DNA of 50,940 nt from a virus (taxonomy: Duplodnaviria; Caudoviricetes), in the IMG/VR virus record IMGVR_UViG_3300021432_000013, positions 1 through 50,940 of that record; one strand, written 5' to 3'. Positions 44,929 to 50,940 of the stretch are shown in pieces. The notes below the pieces were generated by a model. That model ran no database searches. It saw only the letters and a program-made list of their open reading frames with translations, and was not told where the DNA came from. How positions within the stretch are numbered: the stretch's first letter is position 1; the number at the start of each line of letters is the position of its first letter. The position numbers and the translations under genes are program-made.

Positions 44929-45301
44929 CGAGATTGAAGCCAAGTTCGGCAAACAGATCGACTGACTTGCGATTGCCGGGCGCCACATTGGCCAGGAACT
45001 TGCCAGGGTGGCGCTCCATGAGCAATTTTACCGCTGCGGCGCCATATCCATGCCCTTGATAACTCTTGAATATCCCAATGCCGATCTCGCGCTGCTTGCT
45101 CAGGTAGACAGCACCGAGACAGGCCTTCTCTTGGATTATCAAATACCAGTGCATATACGGTTCGCTTCCAACAAAAAGAGTGTGCTGCTCCCATGTAGGC
45201 ATAGCTTTATGGCTGATATTTGCTTCTATCGGCCGTTCTGCGAGTAAATGATAGAGCGCTGTCACGCCAAAATGGTGCTCGTAGACGCTGATCAGCTCCA
45301 T
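44903..45301 (-). CDS. GNAT N-acetyltransferase (PseH-like position)
   Basis: EIGIGI...YQGHGYG..A...ANV.PGN..S..LF..LGF. Confidence 0.8.
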   Translation of the reverse strand: MELISVYEHHFGVTALYHLLAERPIEANISHKAMPTWEQHTLFVGSEPYMHWYLIIQEKACLGAVYLSKQREIGIGIFKSYQGHGYGAAAVKLLMERHPGKFLANVAPGNRKSVDLFAELGFNLVQHTYSHE

Positions 45302-45465
45302 ATCGGCCCCATGTCATCTGCAAACCAGATCACCGCGACTAACACAGCGAGCATCAGGCATGGAAATACGTAATCCCAGAAAAACGACGACTTTTCTTCC
45401 TGAGCTTTAATCCATCCCTGCCCGCTGATCTTGTTGCCATATATTTCATGTTTTAAATCCGACAT
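45292..45465 (-). CDS. Small membrane protein (57 aa)
   Basis: MSDLKHEIYG...YVFPCLMLAVLVAVIWFADD...; AGGGGA RBS; overlaps both neighbours. Confidence 0.5.
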   Translation of the reverse strand: MSDLKHEIYGNKISGQGWIKAQEEKSSFFWDYVFPCLMLAVLVAVIWFADDMGPIWS

Positions 45466-46223
45466 GTGATTCCCCTTTGGTTGAGATATTCAGCGGCACC
45501 GCGAGGGGTGGCCTCTGTAAAAAGGAACAGGCTAGAGGCAGCGACCGCGCTAGCCCCAGCCGTGATCGCCTCATACATGTGTTCGTAGCTACCGCAGCCA
45601 CCAGAGGCAATCACAGGGATATCCACGGCATCCGATACCGCTCGGATCATGTCCAGGTCGTAGCCTTGCATCATGCCGTCGCGGTCTATGCTGGTCAGGA
45701 TGATCTCGCCAGCCCCATGCTCCGCAGTGCGCATACAAAGCTCAACAATGCTCAATATTTTTTCTGGCCTAATACCGTCTTCATATACATTACATGAGGT
45801 ATTCCCGCAATTCGTGAAATATTGAGCGCCAGAATAATCAATAGATCCAGTAATACATTGTGATCCATATTTTTGACTGACTTCTCGCAAAAATCGATGT
45901 GTTAAAAGATATGATCCAATCACTACCTTATCAGCTCCAGACAATAATAAATCTCTTACGACTTCTATGCTGCGTACACCACCGCCAACTGACACTGGGC
46001 AAAAATTTCCCTCCGTCATGCGTTCGACCATGGCGAAATCTGGGCATCTGCCCTCTGGCGTGGCACGAACATCGAGAATTAATAGCTCATCCACCCCACG
46101 CTTTGCATAAATTCTAGCAGCCTGCTCAGCAACGCCAACGCTACGCCATGATTTAAACTGCCTTCCTTTTACGAGTTGATGACCACGTATTAGTAATGTA
46201 GGAATGATCCGTTTAGCTAACAT
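45453..46223 (-). CDS. HisF-like cyclase (WbuZ type, amidotransferase ammonia channel)
   Basis: KRIIPTLL....LVKG, VDEL..LD, VGGGVRS, GADKV, GAGEIILTSIDRDG..GYD, PVIASGG. Confidence 0.88.
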   Translation of the reverse strand: MLAKRIIPTLLIRGHQLVKGRQFKSWRSVGVAEQAARIYAKRGVDELLILDVRATPEGRCPDFAMVERMTEGNFCPVSVGGGVRSIEVVRDLLLSGADKVVIGSYLLTHRFLREVSQKYGSQCITGSIDYSGAQYFTNCGNTSCNVYEDGIRPEKILSIVELCMRTAEHGAGEIILTSIDRDGMMQGYDLDMIRAVSDAVDIPVIASGGCGSYEHMYEAITAGASAVAASSLFLFTEATPRGAAEYLNQRGITCRI

Positions 46224-47262
46224 GAGCTTTAAACCTTTTTAAAGTTTTCATAAAATCAGGGCGATTAACGCCGATATAGTCAAGTACAGCATCGATCGGG
46301 ACATCCATATATTTTTCGGGGAATAAGCCGTCGTAATACTCAATCCACTTTAGCGCCTTTTCGCGTTCGACCAGGCCATCCCGCACATCGACGCTAATCT
46401 GTGCGCATCCGCGTCCGTATCCATACTTGAGAAACATTATGTGGTCATGGATACCGTGCAGAGCATTGTCCTGGTTCTCAGCCGCCCACCAGTTAGCAGG
46501 CGTCGGCAACAGCATCTTCATACCATGCTCTTGCGCCACTTTGGCGTTACGCCGGCTGTCCCACTCAAAATATTGGCCGAGAAAATGCGCTTCGGTTCCA
46601 ACATCCTCCATGCATTCATCTGAATACAACTTGTAATCCTGCATATCGCGCTCGGTGATGCCATCTATACCAACTACATCAGCCGGCCGCAACCCAAGTA
46701 AGCCACCGAACTCATTCACCCACCGTCGAGTCATTTCCTTGGCGGCATCGGTCCCTAACGGGCCGCCATAGGCTTGCTGCGGATTTTCACCGTAGAAAAT
46801 CAATGGAATATTCAAATCGACCGAAGCCCGAAATGGCGTCGAGAAGATGCTGACATGCTCAGGCCAACTGATATCACCTACCATTTCCAGCCCGATTTTG
46901 TTCAACTTAGCCCGTACCGTCTTGTTCGGCGAATATTCTATGGTCCGCGCATATCTTGCCAGGTTGTCGATGTTCTTGCGGCCTATCTCCGTCAGGTAGC
47001 AGGTCGTTGCGGTCACGATCGTGATGTCGGCGCCGAGTTCCAGAAGTTTCAGGACTTGCCAGGTCGAATCCTTACCTCCTGAGCTAGGTACGATACAGCG
47101 TCCGTCATGGCGGTCTAGCAGCGCTAGCAATTCAGCTTTCCGCGCACTCCAATCTATGAGCGGCTTCTTGCGCGCATTCACGCAGGCCGAGCACTCGCCG
47201 GATTCATCAAAATATAGGTCAGGCTTACTACGAGGATAACAACAAGTCCGGCAACGCTGCAT
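46213..47262 (-). CDS. N-acetyl sugar amidotransferase (PseA/WbuX family)
   Basis: C..C.....PD..FDE.G.C.AC; PP-loop SGGKDS; YGEN...YGG; HD...FLKYGYGR. Confidence 0.88.
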   Translation of the reverse strand: MQRCRTCCYPRSKPDLYFDESGECSACVNARKKPLIDWSARKAELLALLDRHDGRCIVPSSGGKDSTWQVLKLLELGADITIVTATTCYLTEIGRKNIDNLARYARTIEYSPNKTVRAKLNKIGLEMVGDISWPEHVSIFSTPFRASVDLNIPLIFYGENPQQAYGGPLGTDAAKEMTRRWVNEFGGLLGLRPADVVGIDGITERDMQDYKLYSDECMEDVGTEAHFLGQYFEWDSRRNAKVAQEHGMKMLLPTPANWWAAENQDNALHGIHDHIMFLKYGYGRGCAQISVDVRDGLVEREKALKWIEYYDGLFPEKYMDVPIDAVLDYIGVNRPDFMKTLKRFKAHVS

Positions 47263-47265
47263 AAT

Positions 47266-47841
47266 TCACCCCTGGTTCAATTCAATGTACCTGCATTCCG
47301 CAGATCGCCAGTCATCTTCGGTGTTGATGTCGCACACTCGGTTCGGATCGATCACGACCATTTGCGTATGTGCACCGACCAGTGGCAAATCTTCCTTAAA
47401 GGCGTCCACATCGCCCCAGTAGAACTGACCAGCATCGAACAAAGGCTCTGCGTTCACTGAGAATGCATAGCGTACGCCATTGCGCACCAGGGCGTCCCAG
47501 CCTCGCTTGAGGTCTTCCGGCAGCATCAGCGGGCAGGTAGCATAGATAACACAGGCGTGCCCGTAGCACTCAATTTCAGAGAGTACGTGGCGTGCGACAG
47601 CCTGAGTCCCGGTTTCATCGTCCGACAACTCCGTCGGCCGCATTTGCGCTTCGGCGCCATACTGGACGGCTACTGCGGCAGTCTTCTCGCAATCGGTCGA
47701 TACAATCACGCGGTCAAATAAGTGCGATCGCAGGGCAGTTTCGATGGAATAGGCCACGATTGGCTTACCATGAAACAGGCGCAGGTTTTTACCGGGTATG
47801 CGCTTGCTATTCTTTCGCGCTGGAATAATAGCGATCCGCAT
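47266..47841 (-). CDS. pseF: CMP-nonulosonic acid synthetase (cytidylyltransferase)
   Basis: IIPAR..SKRIPGKN....GKP, VSTD, DAGQFYWG, DINT.DDW. Confidence 0.88.
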   Translation of the reverse strand: MRIAIIPARKNSKRIPGKNLRLFHGKPIVAYSIETALRSHLFDRVIVSTDCEKTAAVAVQYGAEAQMRPTELSDDETGTQAVARHVLSEIECYGHACVIYATCPLMLPEDLKRGWDALVRNGVRYAFSVNAEPLFDAGQFYWGDVDAFKEDLPLVGAHTQMVVIDPNRVCDINTEDDWRSAECRYIELNQG

Positions 47842-48164
47842 CAGAAAACTTCCGATAGTACAGTGGAGACAAACTGCTCAGCCAGGTAGCCATCTGACCG
47901 TAATTTGTCTTCGCGCATGCTGGCCAGCATCAGGGCGATGCGCGGCACCAGTTTATCCCGGTGGCGCTGAATCAGCTCCGCCTTGAGTGTTGCCCCAGCT
48001 GGCTTGAGTCCATCACGCGCCTCGAATGCAGCATCGGTCATGGCGCAGGCAACATCAATGGCGTTCTGCGGATCGTAAAACACCTCGCGCATTGGCTCCT
48101 TGAACTGCTGTAGCACGCGGCCTTTTTCGATACTGATGATCATCTCTACGGCTTGGTCATTCAT
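47841..48164 (-). CDS. Hypothetical protein within the sugar operon
   Basis: Translationally coupled on both sides. Confidence 0.6.
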   Translation of the reverse strand: MNDQAVEMIISIEKGRVLQQFKEPMREVFYDPQNAIDVACAMTDAAFEARDGLKPAGATLKAELIQRHRDKLVPRIALMLASMREDKLRSDGYLAEQFVSTVLSEVF

Positions 48165-48775
48165 TTGAAAATTCCTATCTTATCTAGTTCCGGATATGGA
48201 TCATTTTTTAAATCTGCATTGTGTTTCGGCAGTGAATATAGCTTCAGTAAAAGTTGCGCCGCTGTCCCAGGGTTCATGTAGCAATGAAAACCTATCATAT
48301 CGAATACGCACTCACGCGGGTCAATGCCTTCCGTGCGTCCATCAAAGCGCGCGCGCCGCAGCCAAGCATCTGCCTCTTCATCATCATGCAAGAGAGCGCC
48401 ACCCTGTTCGATCCCGAGAATCTTAGACGCATGGAACGATACTGCCTGCATCTCACCAGGTATGAACATGTCCGAGGTGAAACGGCGCGCGCTATCCCAG
48501 ACTGGCAGCGGCTTGAGTTGATACGAGCCAGACCATTCTTCATCTCGGAAACTCACGCGGCCGCCGGCGTGAATGATGGACATCGGGACGCTAACATATG
48601 TTCTGGAAGGGATTTCAATCACATCCAGGCCTATTCCATCGCGCAGATGCCACGCTACGGCAAGCATGATGGCCGCCGTGCAGCTGTTTGTCGCCACGGC
48701 ATATTTTGCGCCGGTGTAATCGCAGAGTGCCGCCTCGAAGTCCTTCGTCACCGCATGCGGATTCTTAACGCTCAT
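48161..48775 (-). CDS. Minimal DegT/DnrJ/PseC-type PLP aminotransferase
   Basis: FE....Y.G.KYAVATNSCTAA..LA; WDSA; SFHASK....GG; only 204 aa. Confidence 0.85.
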   Translation of the reverse strand: MSVKNPHAVTKDFEAALCDYTGAKYAVATNSCTAAIMLAVAWHLRDGIGLDVIEIPSRTYVSVPMSIIHAGGRVSFRDEEWSGSYQLKPLPVWDSARRFTSDMFIPGEMQAVSFHASKILGIEQGGALLHDDEEADAWLRRARFDGRTEGIDPRECVFDMIGFHCYMNPGTAAQLLLKLYSLPKHNADLKNDPYPELDKIGIFK

Positions 48776-48906
48776 TTGTTCCTTCCTAGATACTCGTCAA
48801 CCGCGCGCCTGATAATTTCAGACACGGATAGGCCAGTCCTGGCCATGTGGGCCTTGAGCCGCTCAAGCATCTGAGCGGGAACCCTGATATTTAATCGTTT
48901 GAACAT
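48772..48906 (-). CDS. Ribbon-helix-helix regulator heading the sugar operon (44 aa)
   Basis: MFKRLNIRVPAQMLERLKAHMARTGLSVSEIIRRAVDEYLGRNK; stop overlaps the aminotransferase ATG. Confidence 0.8.
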   Translation of the reverse strand: MFKRLNIRVPAQMLERLKAHMARTGLSVSEIIRRAVDEYLGRNK

Positions 48907-48932
48907 GCGTACATTGTACATCCATTCGCACG

Positions 48933-48970
48933 AAAAAATAGCGCTCTTAAACTACCGGAGCGCTTATTTT
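48933..48970. terminator. Possible intrinsic terminator
   Basis: AGCGCTC...GAGCGCT stem flanked by A and T runs, after the 48970 stop. Confidence 0.5.
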
Positions 48971-49179
48971 TAGAAGCCGAGGATTTCTTTAGCCTTGGCG
49001 ATCAGAGCGGTAAAGCCGGCATGGAATTCTTCCGGTACTTTCAGGACTTCGGCTTCGATCTCTGCCAGAACGGACAGATGGGGTTGAGCTGCATCGATCT
49101 GCGCTTGGAGTTTGGTGACAATTTCCTGGTCAGCTGTAAGCGTTGCCTGGGCTGCGGTAAGTTGGTCTTGCAATGCCAT
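48970..49179 (-). CDS. Small coiled-coil protein
   Basis: GAGGA RBS; MALQDQLTAAQ... Confidence 0.6.
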   Translation of the reverse strand: MALQDQLTAAQATLTADQEIVTKLQAQIDAAQPHLSVLAEIEAEVLKVPEEFHAGFTALIAKAKEILGF

Positions 49180-49257
49180 GATGTATTCCTCGGTAGGTTT
49201 TAAAAATTGAGCTAGGTTAATGACACGAATTTTATGAAAGTTGAACATGTCAGCTTC

Positions 49258-49290
49258 AAAAAAGCCGCAACCCTTTCGAGGTTGCGGCAA
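49258..49290 (-). terminator. Rho-independent terminator
   Basis: GCCGCAACC-tcgaaag-GGTTGCGGC followed by T6. Confidence 0.8.
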
Positions 49291-49369
49291 AATGCAGAAG
49301 GGGACTACTGCATAGGGGAAAAATGTTCTGTAGACAGGATCACCTCCGATCAGCAGTTGAAATATGGTG

Positions 49370-49540
49370 CTAATGCTTATACTGGTTTTGTGCTGCTTCG
49401 ACCATGCTGATATGCTCAACAACTCCAAGCATGACCAATTTATCTAGTGCTATCTTCAAAAAATACAGAAATTCATCCGGAGCACCAAGTGCCGCGACGC
49501 CTCGCGCAATATCAGCAATAACGGTGTCGGAAGTTGCCAT
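49370..49540 (-). CDS. Small hypothetical protein (56 aa)
   Basis: MATSDTVIADIARG...; open frame in the operon direction. Confidence 0.4.
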   Translation of the reverse strand: MATSDTVIADIARGVAALGAPDEFLYFLKIALDKLVMLGVVEHISMVEAAQNQYKH

Positions 49541-49577
49541 GTGATTATTTTATGCGCTTTAATGTGCAATGGCAATA

Positions 49578-49874
49578 TCATGGCGCAGTATATTTGTACC
49601 CTCTGGTAGTCATGCAGGCGCCATAGGCTTCCCGGGTGTTCTGCCGAATCTGATGGATGGCGACAGGATAGCCGACCAATGTGGCACCAAGCGCAAATGC
49701 CTGCGCCTGGCGTTCGCTGGTATTTGCTGCGGTTGCCGCCTCATCTTTACAAGTCAGCATATCCACTTGAAATTGCTGATGTGTCTGTCCCTGTTCGCCC
49801 TTGGCATAGCCTAATGGATAACTGCCGCAGGCCGAGCAGAGCAGCGCTACGATAATGGTTAGCATAGTTTTCAT
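49578..49874 (-). CDS. Lipoprotein
   Basis: MKTMLTIIVALLCSAC lipobox; D...C and CM..RGY motif. Confidence 0.7.
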   Translation of the reverse strand: MKTMLTIIVALLCSACGSYPLGYAKGEQGQTHQQFQVDMLTCKDEAATAANTSERQAQAFALGATLVGYPVAIHQIRQNTREAYGACMTTRGYKYTAP

Positions 49875-50019
49875 ACATTACCTCTCGTTTTAACCTCAAC
49901 CCACAACTCCTGAACGCCAGGATCAGCGTAATTTCCGAGGAACGTTAGCCGCGTATCCAGACCAGAATGCCGACAGTTGGCCTCGAACTGGTGGCGTAGG
50001 GTGATTTCGTCTGATTTTG

Positions 50020-50259
50020 TCATGGATGAATTCCTTTGATGCGCAAATATTCTGCTTTCGCCCATCGATAAATAGCCCATTTATTCCAATGAATGCAGCT
50101 TTCCTGGGTGGCAGATAGATAGTAATAATGCGTTCGGTCAGGATTCAGCATCAGTGCAAATCCTTCAGGCATTTGGACAATTCCCAATGATTTTGAAGCA
50201 TCACAACATCCGATAGAAACGTCATCAGCAACAGCTTCTTCAAGAGAAGCGTAACTCAT
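50020..50259 (-). CDS. Hypothetical protein
   Basis: AAGGGGG RBS; ORF in the operon. Confidence 0.55.
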   Translation of the reverse strand: MSYASLEEAVADDVSIGCCDASKSLGIVQMPEGFALMLNPDRTHYYYLSATQESCIHWNKWAIYRWAKAEYLRIKGIHP

Positions 50260-50284
50260 AAATCCCCCTTTGTTGGATTATCTG

Positions 50285-50940
50285 CTAGGCCGCGCCATTC
50301 GCAGCTTCTTCCTCTGCCATGCGCTTCATGTCAGCTAAGGCTTTATCGTTATCGCAGTAGAAATTCGGTAGACGCTCTGTTTTCCAGCGCTCTGTATCAC
50401 TTGCTATATAGATTGCCATCGCTGCCGCAGGAGTTCCGATTTTTTCTTCAAGTACCTTTCCTTCCTCGCCGGCCAACGTTACAACCCATCCTGCACGGCA
50501 ATGCGTCGTCCCGCAATGCCATTGGCCCATATCCAATGCGCCAGGCGCAGAGGAAGCAGCAAAGACAGTTTGATGGATATTCGGGAGGATAGGTGCACCG
50601 CGCAGGTCTGCACCGCGCAGGTCTGCACCGCGCAGGTCTGCACCGCGCAGGTCTGCACCGCCCAGGTCTGCACCGCCCAGGTCTGCACCGCGCAGGTCTG
50701 CACCGCGCAGGTCTGCATCGCGCAGGTCTGCACCGCCCAGGTCTGCACCGCCCAGGTCTGCACCGCCCAGGTCTGCACCGCGCAGGTCTGCACCGCCCAG
50801 GTCTGCACCGCGCAGGTCTGCACCGCGCAGGTCTGCACCGCGCAGGTCTGCACCGCGCAGGTCTGCACCGCCCAGGTCTGCACCGCCCAGGTCTGCACCG
50901 CCCAGGTCTGCACCGCCCAGGTCTGCACCGCGCAGGTCTG
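50285..50940 (-). CDS. Pentapeptide-repeat protein, C-terminal part
   Basis: (GADLR/G)n then GAPILPNIHQTVFAASSAPGALDMGQWHCGTTHCRAGWVV...; in frame with 1-363 if the terminal GTCTG is a 5-nt overlap. Confidence 0.85.
   Translation of the reverse strand, partial: DLRGADLGGADLGGADLGGADLGGADLRGADLRGADLRGADLRGADLGGADLRGADLGGADLGGADLGGADLRDADLRGADLRGADLGGADLGGADLRGADLRGADLRGADLRGAPILPNIHQTVFAASSAPGALDMGQWHCGTTHCRAGWVVTLAGEEGKVLEEKIGTPAAAMAIYIASDTERWKTERLPNFYCDNDKALADMKRMAEEEAANGAA
50593..50940. repeat. 15-bp tandem repeat, same unit as 1-250
   Basis: About 23 near-identical units. Confidence 0.97.

Noticed and set aside
45453-46223. Histidine biosynthesis auxiliary gene (hisF)
   Set aside because: It overlaps a PseA/WbuX amidotransferase in a sugar operon, which fits the WbuZ role; no other his genes are present.
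43640-48906. Host chromosomal flank or contamination
   Set aside because: The operon is embedded between phage-type genes on both sides, is co-oriented with them, overlaps the HTH gene and is interspersed with phage-like small ORFs. Read-level confirmation is still advisable.

Overview
This window looks like a near-complete, circular ~51 kb podovirus genome, probably infecting a proteobacterium (host is an inference). The contig opens and closes inside a 15-bp tandem repeat encoding a pentapeptide-repeat protein. Divergent sigma70 promoters at ~7960-8062 drive two lambdoid-style early arms. The leftward arm carries Cro-like HTH, NinB, a C5 methyltransferase with an overlapping second frame, Ref-like and other nucleases, an O-like initiator with iterons, and DnaB. 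The rightward arm carries an ERF recombinase, a YqaJ-like exonuclease and small accessory genes. The minus-strand late arm runs terminase, portal, scaffold, major capsid, tail tubular A/B, ejection proteins, tailspike and a lysis cassette (GH19 endolysin, holin, embedded spanins). I recognised no integrase, CI repressor, DNA polymerase or RNA polymerase. The most striking feature is a tightly packed nonulosonic-acid (pseudaminic-acid-like) sugar operon at 43640-48906: DegT/PseC-like, PseF, PseA/WbuX, HisF/WbuZ, GNAT and PseI. A GT42/Maf-like sialyltransferase-fold gene (39626-40450) overlaps the terminase start, next to Ser/Thr-rich small proteins. Together these suggest a phage-encoded virion glycosylation system. 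Several structured non-coding elements are also present. All family assignments come from motif recognition by eye, not database searches.
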